From: Myxococcota bacterium
Lineage (GTDB): Bacteria > Myxococcota_A > UBA9160 > UBA6930
DNA: 64,000 nt
Reading direction: 5' to 3'
Assembly (NCBI GenBank): GCA_965223415.1
Contig: OZ245002.1
Span: 64,001-128,000 of the forward strand
In this document: positions 19,514-28,142 of the stretch, piece after piece
Numbering within the stretch: the first letter of the stretch is position 1
Layout of the letters: every line of letters begins with the position of its first letter
Notes under the pieces: generated by a model
Seen by the model: the letters and a program-made list of their open reading frames with translations, nothing else
Databases searched by the model: none
Told to the model about the DNA's origin: nothing
Position numbers and translations under genes: made by a program

Positions 19514-19523
19514 TCCCAGGCGA

Positions 19524-20360
19524 GTGACCGTCCCGCCGGGCTTCCGCGCCTTCTCCTCCGGCCCGGTGCGGCTGTGGGTACACGAGGCCTTCGCCGACGC
19601 GGTGCGGGTCCTGGGCTGGGAGGCGCCGGGCGCCCTCGACACCGCGATGGACACGACCGGCGACGCCGCGACGGGGCGGATGCCCATCGCCGTCGTCGCG
19701 CTCCCCGAGCGCGACGAGCGCATCGCCCTGCGCCGCCTCGTCCACGGCGGCCTGCTCGGCCCGCTCCTCGGCCGTGCCTACCTCGGCACCGGCCGCGCCA
19801 CCCGCGAGATCGCCGTCACCGCCGAGCTCCACGCCGCCGGCGCCCCGGTGCCGCGCCCCGTGCTCGCCGCGGCCGAGCGGCTCGTCGCCGCCTGGTTCAG
19901 CCTCGCCGTCGGCACGGTCTACGAGGAAGGCACCCGCGATGGTCTCTCCTGGCTCGAGTCCGACCCCGCCCCCGACCACCTCCTCGCCGTCGCCCGCGCC
20001 GCGGGCCGCGGCGTCCGCGCCTTCCACGACGCCGGCGGCCGCCACGCGGACCTCCACGTGAAGAACCTCCTCGTCCGCGAGGGCACTCCACCGGAGATCC
20101 TGGTGATCGACCTCGACCGCGCCCGCGTCACCCCCGGCCTCACCCCGGGCGAGCGCATGGCGCAGATCATGCGCCTGTTCCGGTCCCTGCTGAAACGCGA
20201 GGTGCTCGGCCGGGTGGGGAGCCGGGGCGTGGCGACGTTCTTCGGGGCCTACTGCGGTGAGGACCGGGCGCTGCGGCGAGCGCTGATGCAGCGCGTGGAC
20301 CGGGAGCTGCGCAAGGTGGCGGTGCATGCGTTGCGGTATCGGAAGCAAGAAGCGCCGTAG
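19524..20360 (+). CDS. kdkA: Kdo kinase (KdkA)/LPS kinase family protein
   Basis: GR..ALRRLVHGG, RATREI, catalytic loop HADLHVKNLL, VIDLDRA, RLFRSLLK; LPS context. Confidence 0.7.
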   Translation: MTVPPGFRAFSSGPVRLWVHEAFADAVRVLGWEAPGALDTAMDTTGDAATGRMPIAVVALPERDERIALRRLVHGGLLGPLLGRAYLGTGRATREIAVTAELHAAGAPVPRPVLAAAERLVAAWFSLAVGTVYEEGTRDGLSWLESDPAPDHLLAVARAAGRGVRAFHDAGGRHADLHVKNLLVREGTPPEILVIDLDRARVTPGLTPGERMAQIMRLFRSLLKREVLGRVGSRGVATFFGAYCGEDRALRRALMQRVDRELRKVAVHALRYRKQEAP

Positions 20361-20667
20361 GCCGGGGGCGCGAGCAGTCCTTCGGATTCGACCCATCCCC
20401 GGACCGTCGGACCCGGCCGGACACGCAGGCCGAGCGTACGTACCGGTGGATCACGAATGCGATCGGCAGGAACGGCTCCGGAGGCGGACTGGCCGGCGAC
20501 TACGTCGCCGTGAGGCCTTCGGCCCGGTGATCGCGTTGATGGGCGACGCCCCGATGGGGATGGGCCCCGCGGCGGCGACCCGGCACCGATGAGCGTCGAG
20601 GTGGTCGAGGCGGTGATGCCGCGCTGACCGGCGACCCGGGGCCGCGAAGGCCTTGCCGACATGAGCC

Positions 20668-21273
20668 CTAGGGCACGAGAAGCTGCGCCAGGAAGTCCGC
20701 GTGCCGCTCGACGGCGGCGTCCGTCGTCGGGTCCATTCCGGTGAGGCGCTCGCACTCCGGGGCCACCGCGAAGATCACCGACGCCGCTCCGGCGAGCGTG
20801 TAATAGACGTGGGGCAGCAGCGCCGGGTCGAAGCCCTCGTCAAAGGTCGCGCCGCCGGGGAAGAAGCGGTTGTCGTAGACCGACCGCAGGTAGGTGTCGA
20901 CGATCCACTCCATGCGCGGCCCGCCCTGCTTGCCCTCCTCCACCATCATCTGGAAGAGCTCTGGATGGGCGGCTGCGTAGCGCACGAAGGTGCGGATCGA
21001 TTCGCGCGCCCGCTCGCGCGGCTCCGCGTCCTCGAGGGCGGCGAGCCGCTCCTCGAGCCGCGTGCGCAGGCTCTGGAAGATCTGGTCGGCCGCGGCCCGC
21101 CACAGCTCCTCCTTGCTGCGGAAGTGGTAGGTGATGAGGCCCTGGTTCGTGTCCGCGCGCTTGGCGATCTCCCGGGTGCTCGCGGCCTTGAACCCGAGCT
21201 CGGAGAAGGCAGCCGCCGCCGCATCCACGATGCGCTGGCGGGTCTCCTCGCGCTGCTCCGCTCGGCTGGCCAT
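20668..21273 (-). CDS. TetR/AcrR family transcriptional regulator
   Basis: IVDAAAAAFSELGFKAASTREIAKRADTNQGLITYHFRSKEELW helix-turn-helix. Confidence 0.93.
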   Translation of the reverse strand: MASRAEQREETRQRIVDAAAAAFSELGFKAASTREIAKRADTNQGLITYHFRSKEELWRAAADQIFQSLRTRLEERLAALEDAEPRERARESIRTFVRYAAAHPELFQMMVEEGKQGGPRMEWIVDTYLRSVYDNRFFPGGATFDEGFDPALLPHVYYTLAGAASVIFAVAPECERLTGMDPTTDAAVERHADFLAQLLVP

Positions 21274-21279
21274 GGCTCG

Positions 21280-21346
21280 AATTTATTCAGTTGACAAGCG
21301 AAAGGCAATGGCATACCGTGGTTTTCGCGCTGTTCAACTGACAAGC
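21280..21346. promoter_or_regulatory. Divergent sigma-70-type promoters with two candidate TetR operator sites
   Basis: + strand TTGACA(21291-21296)-17 bp-TACCGT(21314-21319); - strand TTGCCT(21308-21303)-17 bp-TAAATT(21285-21280), 6 nt before the tetR ATG; repeats ttcagttgacaagc (21286-21299) and ttcaactgacaagc (21333-21346). Confidence 0.75.
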
Positions 21347-21358
21347 CAAGGAGGCCCC

Positions 21359-21940
21359 ATGGTCGACAACCCGAAGCTTCCCGAGTTCGACGAGAGCTCC
21401 CCGCTGCGTCCGGCCCGCTTCAGCCACATCGTGCTGCGCTCGGCTCGGTACCAGGAGATGGTCGACTGGTACAAGACCTTCCTGAACGCGGAGCCGCTCT
21501 TCGAGAACGGCCGGGTCTGCTTCCTGACCTACGACGACGAGCACCATCGCCTGCTCGTCGGCCACGACCCGGACGCGAAGCCGCGCCCGGAGGACGTGGA
21601 AGGCGTGGGCCACTGGGCCTACCTGTTCAATGACTTGAACGAGCTCATGACCACGTACGAGCGGCTGAGGGGCGAGGGCTACGTCCCGAAGTACTCGGTG
21701 AACCACGGCTTTCAAGTCTCGATCTACTACCGCGATCCGGACAACAACGAGGTTGAGTTGGGCTGTGACGTCTTCGAGACCCGGCAGGAGATGAACGACT
21801 GGTTCGCCAAGGGCTACTTCCGCGACAACTTCTTCGGCTACGTGTTCGATCCGGACGAGGTGCTGAAGTGGCACCACGAGGGCGTGCCGGCGGCGGAGAT
21901 CTTCGATCGCACGTATCCGGTCGAAGCGAAGAGCGCATGA
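21359..21940 (+). CDS. VOC (glyoxalase/extradiol dioxygenase) family protein
   Basis: SD AAGGAGG; metal-ligand pattern SHIVL, DEHHRL, GHWAY, NHG..SIYYRDPDNNEVEL. Confidence 0.88.
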   Translation: MVDNPKLPEFDESSPLRPARFSHIVLRSARYQEMVDWYKTFLNAEPLFENGRVCFLTYDDEHHRLLVGHDPDAKPRPEDVEGVGHWAYLFNDLNELMTTYERLRGEGYVPKYSVNHGFQVSIYYRDPDNNEVELGCDVFETRQEMNDWFAKGYFRDNFFGYVFDPDEVLKWHHEGVPAAEIFDRTYPVEAKSA

Positions 21941-22554
21941 GCGGGGCCCGTCTCACACCGCTCTCCCCGGAACGGCTCGACCCCGATCAGCGAAAGCTCT
22001 ACGACGCGGTGCTCGCGAGCCCGCGCGGTCAAGGGCCGACGCGTCGCTTCATCCTCCGGGACGACGAGACGCTGACCGGCCCCTTCGACGCGCTGCTCCG
22101 CACGCCGGGCGTCGGTGCGCACATCGAGCGGGCCGGCATGGCCTTCCGCGAGGACACGGTCATGTCCGGGGCGGTCCGCGAGCTCACCATCCTGGTCGTC
22201 GCCCAGGCCTGGGGTGCCGAGTTCGAGTGGTGGATCCACAGCATGGTCGCCCAGGGCCAGGGCGTCTCCGCCGAGGCGATCGACGCGATCGGTCACGGGC
22301 GGCGCCCGGAGCTTCCGGATCCCGAGCAGCAGGCGGCGTACGAGGTCGCGCGGGAGCTCGTCCACGAGCGGAGGCTCGGGGAGGACACCCTCGCCCGGGC
22401 CAGGGAGGTCCTCGGCGAGCGGGCGACCGTCGAGGTCGTGACCCAGGTGGGCTTCTACCAGCTCGTCTCGGGCCTGCTCGAGAGCTTCCAGCCGCCGCCG
22501 CCCTCCGGCGACCTCGAGGTCACCGGTCCGCCGGTCACGGGACTCGTGGGATGA
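21937..22554 (+). CDS. Carboxymuconolactone decarboxylase (AhpD-like) family protein
   Basis: ATGA coupling; GPFDALLRTP, RELTILVVA, FEWWIH, VTQVGFY. Confidence 0.8.
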   Translation: MSGARLTPLSPERLDPDQRKLYDAVLASPRGQGPTRRFILRDDETLTGPFDALLRTPGVGAHIERAGMAFREDTVMSGAVRELTILVVAQAWGAEFEWWIHSMVAQGQGVSAEAIDAIGHGRRPELPDPEQQAAYEVARELVHERRLGEDTLARAREVLGERATVEVVTQVGFYQLVSGLLESFQPPPPSGDLEVTGPPVTGLVG

Positions 22555-23276
22555 AGCGCCTGACCCTCACTTTCGACAACGGCCCGGACCCCTCCTGCAC
22601 GCCGCGGGTGCTCGACCTGCTCGGCGAGCGCGGGGTCAACGCGACCTTCTTCGTCTGCGGCCAGGGCAACAAGCTCCATCCCGCCGCCAAGGCTGGGGGC
22701 GACGGGGAACGCGCGATCCTCGAGCGCGCCCGGGCGGAAGGACACTGGATCGGCAACCACAGTCTGAGCCACACCCTCGAGCTCGGCACCACGCGCGACA
22801 AGGCGCGCATCGAGCGCGAGATCGCGGGCTGCGACGAGATCCTGGGCGACCTGAACGAGCATCGCCTGTTCCGCCCCTACATGGCGGGGGGTCAGTGGAC
22901 GAAGCGCATCTTCAGTCCGGAGGCCGTCGATCACCTGTGTCGCCACGGCTATACGACGGTGCTCTTCAACTGCCTGCCGCGCGACTGGGCGGAGCCCGAC
23001 GCGTGGCCCGAGGAGGCAATGCGCCAGATGGAGGCGCTCGACTGGGCCTGCCTGATCGTCCACGACGTGTCCCGCTACGGCAGCATGGACCACCTGGGGC
23101 GCTTCCTCGACGCGGTCGCCGAGCGCGACGTCCGGGTCGTGCAGGAGTTTCCGGACGATTGCGTGCCGATCCGGAACGGCCAGCTCGTCGGCGCCCTCGA
23201 CGAGATCCTGTGCGGCGATACGCCGGAGGAACCCCACCCGATCTCGGCGGCTTCGGTCGACCACGTGCACCCGTGA
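22551..23276 (+). CDS. Polysaccharide deacetylase (CE4/NodB) family protein
   Basis: LTLTFDNGP, ATFFVCG, GHWIGNHSLSH, FRPY, RDW, IVHD. Confidence 0.85.
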   Translation: MKRLTLTFDNGPDPSCTPRVLDLLGERGVNATFFVCGQGNKLHPAAKAGGDGERAILERARAEGHWIGNHSLSHTLELGTTRDKARIEREIAGCDEILGDLNEHRLFRPYMAGGQWTKRIFSPEAVDHLCRHGYTTVLFNCLPRDWAEPDAWPEEAMRQMEALDWACLIVHDVSRYGSMDHLGRFLDAVAERDVRVVQEFPDDCVPIRNGQLVGALDEILCGDTPEEPHPISAASVDHVHP

Positions 23277-24502
23277 GCGCTCCGACCCGCATCCTGATCA
23301 TCGGCGGGGGGCCGGTCGGCCTCACGGCGTCGCTGCTGCTGTCCCAGCAGGGCATCCCGAACGTGGTCGTCGAGCGCCGCGACGAGAACCTGCGGGCGCC
23401 AGCGGCCCACGTGCTGCGACGAAGCCCGATGGAGGTCTTCGCGCGCATCGGCGTCGCCGACGACGTCGTGCGTGCGGCGCCCCACCTGCCGATCGACGCG
23501 ATCACCTGGTGCGCCACCTTCGGCGGCCCGGACATCGGGCACCTGGACGTCGCCGCGGGAAGCCCTTCGCCGTTGGACCAGGTCTGGACCAACTGCCCGC
23601 AGAACCTGCTCGAACCAATCCTCCTGGACCACGCGAAGCGGCGCCCGGAAGCCACGATCCTTCGCGGCATCGAATGCGCCGCACTCGAGCAGGAGCCCGC
23701 ATCCGTCCGCGCGACGATTCGGCATGCCGACGGGCGCGAGGAGACCCTCGAAGCCGCCTGGGCCATCGCCGCGGACGGGGCGGGAAGCCCGACCCGCCGG
23801 CGCCTCCACATCCCGATGGTCGGCGACGGGCCCCAGGGGCGCTTCTTCATGACCCACTTCCGGGCCGATCTGCGGCCCTGGCTCGAGGGGCGTTCAGGGC
23901 CGCTCTTCTGGATCATGAACCCGGAGTCGCCGGGCACCCTGATCGTGCACGAGCCCGAGCGCTCCCACGTCTTCATGACAGTGCAACGGGGCGAGGACGG
24001 CGAGAAGGACGGGCTCCCCGATCGCCTGCGCGCGGCGCTGGGCGTGGACGCACCGTTCGAGATCCTGTCGATCGACGCGTGGTCGCCGCACGTGCAGGTG
24101 GCCCTGCGCTACCGCGAGGGCCGTGTCTTCCTCGCCGGCGACGCGGCCCATCGCTTCCCGCCCTCCGGCGGGCTCGGCCTGAACACGGGCATCCTCGACG
24201 TCGACCATCTGTGCCATCGACTCGGCGAGGTCGAGGCGGGCCGAGCGGACGAGGCCAGCCTCGACCAGTACGAAGCGGCCTGCCGGCCCGCCGCCCAGGC
24301 GAACGCCGACGCGAGCTTCGGCAACCTCCGACGCCTCGCGGAGATCCCGAAGGTGCTCGGCCCCTGCGCCGACCTCCGGGCCCTCGAGGCGCGTCTCGCC
24401 TCCCTCTCGCCGGAGGAGCGCAAGGCCCTCGACGACGCGATCGAGCTGCAGCGCAGCCACTTCGTGTCGGACGGCGAGATCCCGCCGGATCCGCGCTGCT
24501 AG
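23273..24502 (+). CDS. FAD-dependent aromatic monooxygenase (PheA/TfdB-like)
   Basis: GTGA coupling; IIGGGPVG, ADGAGS, RVFLAGDAAHRFPPSGGLGLNTG. Confidence 0.88.
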   Translation: MSAPTRILIIGGGPVGLTASLLLSQQGIPNVVVERRDENLRAPAAHVLRRSPMEVFARIGVADDVVRAAPHLPIDAITWCATFGGPDIGHLDVAAGSPSPLDQVWTNCPQNLLEPILLDHAKRRPEATILRGIECAALEQEPASVRATIRHADGREETLEAAWAIAADGAGSPTRRRLHIPMVGDGPQGRFFMTHFRADLRPWLEGRSGPLFWIMNPESPGTLIVHEPERSHVFMTVQRGEDGEKDGLPDRLRAALGVDAPFEILSIDAWSPHVQVALRYREGRVFLAGDAAHRFPPSGGLGLNTGILDVDHLCHRLGEVEAGRADEASLDQYEAACRPAAQANADASFGNLRRLAEIPKVLGPCADLRALEARLASLSPEERKALDDAIELQRSHFVSDGEIPPDPRC

Positions 24503-24503
24503 G

Positions 24504-25604
24504 TTAGGCCGCCCCGCCCACCGCATCCTCGATCCCGCAGCGCGGGAACGCCCCGAGGAACGCGTGCTCGTACAGCCCGTACCCGACCTGCCCGCCGGTC
24601 TCGAAGCGCGCCACGTGGTCCACCACGCCGTACTGCCCGGCCGGCGCGATCTCGTCGACGAGCAGGTCCTTCCCCTGCACGACCAGCGGCCCCTGGTACA
24701 TCCCGTGGCGCCAATCCTCGTCCATGCCGTAGCCGGTGCCGACGGCGACGAAGCAGTGGACGAGCGGTGAGCACTGCACCGAGAAGGCGCCGCTCGGGGC
24801 CTCGGGGAAGCTGATCACCGAGTGCTCGAGCATGCGGGTGCCCGGGACGAGCTTGTGCTCGTACTCGGGGCGGCCGAGCCACTCGGCCTCGCGGGCCGGG
24901 TCGGCCCAGACGCGTACGGCCTCCTCCAGGAGCCGCTCGCCCTCGGCGGTTTCGTTCAGGATGTAGAGGAGCGCGTGGTCGTCGAACTGCATGGGGAAGT
25001 AGTTCCACATGCCGGTCATCTGGCCTTCGCCCTGGCGGATGCCCGGCGCCTCGGGCTCGCCAACCGGGCGGATGCCCCAGCTGCGGTCCCGCGTTCCCCA
25101 CCAGCGGTCCGGCGTCACCTGGAAGGTCTCGTCGGCGACCTGGAGGGTGCCGCTCCAGCAGCCGGTCTGGGCAAAGCGGGAGGTGTCGAAGACGACCCGC
25201 CCGTGCCTGCGGATGTACTGGCGGGGCTCCTCCCAGGCCGGGATGGCGCCCTCCCACACCAGGTCGCAGGCGAGAGCGTGGTCGTTCGGCTCGAGCAGGA
25301 AGCGCATCTTGCGCAGCGGCTCGACCACTTCGACGCGAAAGGGCCCGACGCTCGTGTCCATGCGGTCGCCGAGCTCACGGGAGGCGCGCACCACCCGATG
25401 GTGGGTGCCGCGGCGGACCACAGCAAAGGCGTCCTGCACCCCGAGGTTCGGGTACTGGCCCATCCCCATCACCATGAACAGCTCGTCGCTCGAGCCGTGC
25501 AGGTTGAAGTAGTAGCGGTCGTAGAAGTTGCGATCGCTGGTACCGACGTGGCGCACGGGCTCGGCGGTCTGGTGGACGGGGTAGTCGTCCCAGGACGAGA
25601 TCAT
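24504..25604 (-). CDS. Hypothetical protein (aromatic-rich, probably beta-strand-rich)
   Basis: Coding-like 366-aa ORF with SD GGAGG; DDYPVHQT, FYDRYYFN, GTRDRSWGIRPVGE. Confidence 0.75.
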   Translation of the reverse strand: MISSWDDYPVHQTAEPVRHVGTSDRNFYDRYYFNLHGSSDELFMVMGMGQYPNLGVQDAFAVVRRGTHHRVVRASRELGDRMDTSVGPFRVEVVEPLRKMRFLLEPNDHALACDLVWEGAIPAWEEPRQYIRRHGRVVFDTSRFAQTGCWSGTLQVADETFQVTPDRWWGTRDRSWGIRPVGEPEAPGIRQGEGQMTGMWNYFPMQFDDHALLYILNETAEGERLLEEAVRVWADPAREAEWLGRPEYEHKLVPGTRMLEHSVISFPEAPSGAFSVQCSPLVHCFVAVGTGYGMDEDWRHGMYQGPLVVQGKDLLVDEIAPAGQYGVVDHVARFETGGQVGYGLYEHAFLGAFPRCGIEDAVGGAA

Positions 25605-25750
25605 TTGGACCCTCCGCGACCGGATTTGGGGGGGGTCACCCTAGCGCAGAGCGGTTCCCCTCCGGCACCGCGGCAGGCCGGTCCCGGGGCTGGTGCGTTC
25701 CGCCCGCCGGCGGCGCGCGGGATCGCGGGCCCGTTCGGGAGGCTGAGGGC

Positions 25751-26887
25751 TCAGCCCAGCGCCGAGTGGTCCCGGGCCCCCCGCGGCGGGTGGGCCGCGG
25801 GCGGCACGGCGGCGTTGCGCCCGGCGGCCTTGGCGCGCAGGCGGTCCTCGAGCCAATCGAGGAAGGCCTCGCCGTCGCGCACCCGGGTCTCCTGGACGAG
25901 GACATGGAGCTCCGCGGGCCGCGCCCACCGCGGGAGGAGCTTGCCCGCATCCTTCTCGGTGGTGAGCCAGAGGGGCGACTCCTCGGCGAGCCCGGCCAGA
26001 TCCGAGGCTCGGAAGAGGTGGTGGTCGGGAAAGCTGCGCTCGGCGACGACCCGAGCGCCGAGGCCCTCGACCGTCTCGCGGAAGGATGCGGGACGCGCGA
26101 TGCCGCACAGCAGCCCGACGTCGCGTCCTCGGAGCGCCGCGGCAGACGTGGTCTCGCCGCCGCCCAGGGGACGGGTGTGGGTCGCGACGCGCTCGACCTC
26201 GAAGCGCAGCGCCTCCGGCGCGTGCCGGTCCAGGAGTGCCGTGTCCCGCTCCTCGAGGGGACCGTCGACGACGCCGACCGCGTCGGCCCGGCTCAGGCCC
26301 GGGAGTCGCTCGCGCAGGGGGCCGCGGGGCAGGAGACGCCCGTTGCCGAAGCCCGCACTTCCGTGCACGGTGACGAGGTCGACGTCGCGGGCGAGGCGGT
26401 GGTGCTGAAAGCCGTCGTCGAGGACGAGGACGTGGGCGTCGAAGGCCGCGACGGCGCGTTGGCCGACGAGATCCCGTCGCGCGCCGACGAGCACGGGAAC
26501 GCCGGGCGCGAGCGCGGCCAGGAGCAGCGCCTCGTCCCCCACTCCCTCGGCCCGAGCCCGCACGAAGCGCCCGTCGGAGACGACCTGCACGGGCTCCCCG
26601 CCCGCTCCGCCGTAGCCACGGCTCGCCAGCACCGCGCGGTGGCCGCGGGCGCGCAGGGCGGCGGCCACCCAGGCGGCGGTGGGGGTCTTGCCCGCGCCGC
26701 CGGAGACGAGGTTGCCGACGCTCACCACCTTGCAGGCGAGCGTCCGGCGTCGCCGCCAGCCGCGCTCGTAGGCCAGGCGGTGCAGGCGCGCGACCGCACC
26801 GTAGAGCAGGGCTGCGAGGGAGAGCGGTGCCAGCAGCACCCGCCGCCAACCGGCGGGCTCCACCTCGAACCAACCGGGGCGCCTCAC
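25751..26887 (-). CDS. lpxK: Tetraacyldisaccharide 4'-kinase
   Basis: GTG start coupled to the waaA stop; SVGNLVSGGAGKTP, SRGYG, GDE, LDDGFQH, LLPRGPLRE, FPDHH, TTEKD. Confidence 0.95.
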   Translation of the reverse strand: MRRPGWFEVEPAGWRRVLLAPLSLAALLYGAVARLHRLAYERGWRRRRTLACKVVSVGNLVSGGAGKTPTAAWVAAALRARGHRAVLASRGYGGAGGEPVQVVSDGRFVRARAEGVGDEALLLAALAPGVPVLVGARRDLVGQRAVAAFDAHVLVLDDGFQHHRLARDVDLVTVHGSAGFGNGRLLPRGPLRERLPGLSRADAVGVVDGPLEERDTALLDRHAPEALRFEVERVATHTRPLGGGETTSAAALRGRDVGLLCGIARPASFRETVEGLGARVVAERSFPDHHLFRASDLAGLAEESPLWLTTEKDAGKLLPRWARPAELHVLVQETRVRDGEAFLDWLEDRLRAKAAGRNAAVPPAAHPPRGARDHSALG

Positions 26888-28140
26888 GCCGAGGGTCCGG
26901 CCCGCGCGGCATCGATCAGCGCCAGGCTGCGATCGACCGCGGCGCGATGCGGCTCGAGGGCGCGCAAGCCCGCCGCCACGCCCGCGCGGGCGTCGTCCGA
27001 GAGCGCGGCGAGGAGACCGCCCGCCAGCCCTGCGGCGTCGGACACCTGGATGCCGGCACCGGCGTCCCGGAGGAGCCGCGCGCTCTCCCGGGCGTTGCCG
27101 ACGTGGGGACCGAAGAGGACCGGGCACCCGGCCTGGAGCGGCTCGAGCAGGTTGTGCCCGCCGACGGGCACGAGGGTGCCGCCGACGAAGGCCGCCCGCG
27201 CCAGGCCGTAGAGACCGGCCAGCTCGCCCAGGGTGTCGAGCAGGAGGACGTCGCCGTCCTCCAGTCCGGCTCCGGAGAGGGCGGAGCGGCGGGTCACCCG
27301 CGCCCCGGCGGCGGTCAGCGCCGCCTCGGCCGCGGGCCGCTTCTCGGGGTGCCGCGGCGCCACCACCAGCACCAGCTTCTCGCCGGCGGCCCGGGCGTGC
27401 TCGGTGGCGCGCAACGCCGCCAGCTCCTCGCCGGGATGGGTGCTGCCGGCCACCCAGCAGGGCGTGGCCGAGAGCGCGTCGGCAAGGGTCGGGTCGAGCG
27501 CGGCGGGAGCCGGCGGCGGCGCGAGCTTGAGATCGCCGGTCACCTGCACCCGGTCGGCGGGTGCGCCGAGGGCGACGAAGCGCTCGGCATCCACCTCGCT
27601 GCGGGCTCCGACCGCGGCGAGGCGGCCCAGCGTCGGTGCGAGGAGCCCGCGCAGCTTGCGGTAGCGGGGGAAGCTGCGATCCGAGAGGCGACCGGACACG
27701 ACCACGACCGGAACCGCGAGCCGCGCGGCCGCCGCGATCCAGCTCGGCCAGAGCTCGGTCTCGATCAGCACGAGCATCGACGGCCGGGTGCGCCCCAGGG
27801 CGGCCGCAGTCGCCCACGGATGATCGATCGGCGCCAGCGCGGTCGGCAGGTCCGGACGCATCTGTCGTGCCAGGGCGCGACCGGTGGCGGTGGTGGTCGT
27901 CGCAACCACCGCCTCGCCCCGGGCCTGCAGGGGATCGATGAGGCGCAGCGCGGCCTGCAGCTCCCCGACGCTGGCTCCGTGGATCCAGATCGGCGAGGCG
28001 CTGGGGGCGAGGGGCGAGCGCAGCCCGAGTCGCTCCGACAGGCCGACCCGCCAGCGCGGCTGCAGCGCCGCGCCGAGCAGGCCCAGGGGCAGCCCGACCA
28101 GAGCGACGAGCGCGGCCAGCACCTGCCGGAGCACCGCCAC
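26884..28140 (-). CDS. waaA: 3-deoxy-D-manno-octulosonic acid transferase
   Basis: WIHGASVGE, ETELWP, TGDLK, GSTHPGEE, APRHPE, DTLGEL, GGHNLLEP. Confidence 0.95.
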   Translation of the reverse strand: MAVLRQVLAALVALVGLPLGLLGAALQPRWRVGLSERLGLRSPLAPSASPIWIHGASVGELQAALRLIDPLQARGEAVVATTTTATGRALARQMRPDLPTALAPIDHPWATAAALGRTRPSMLVLIETELWPSWIAAAARLAVPVVVVSGRLSDRSFPRYRKLRGLLAPTLGRLAAVGARSEVDAERFVALGAPADRVQVTGDLKLAPPPAPAALDPTLADALSATPCWVAGSTHPGEELAALRATEHARAAGEKLVLVVAPRHPEKRPAAEAALTAAGARVTRRSALSGAGLEDGDVLLLDTLGELAGLYGLARAAFVGGTLVPVGGHNLLEPLQAGCPVLFGPHVGNARESARLLRDAGAGIQVSDAAGLAGGLLAALSDDARAGVAAGLRALEPHRAAVDRSLALIDAARAGPSA

Positions 28141-28142
28141 AG

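Noticed and set aside
20668..25604. Catabolic islet as a mobile element
   Set aside because: No integrase, transposase, terminal repeats or target duplication seen; treated as accessory genes only.
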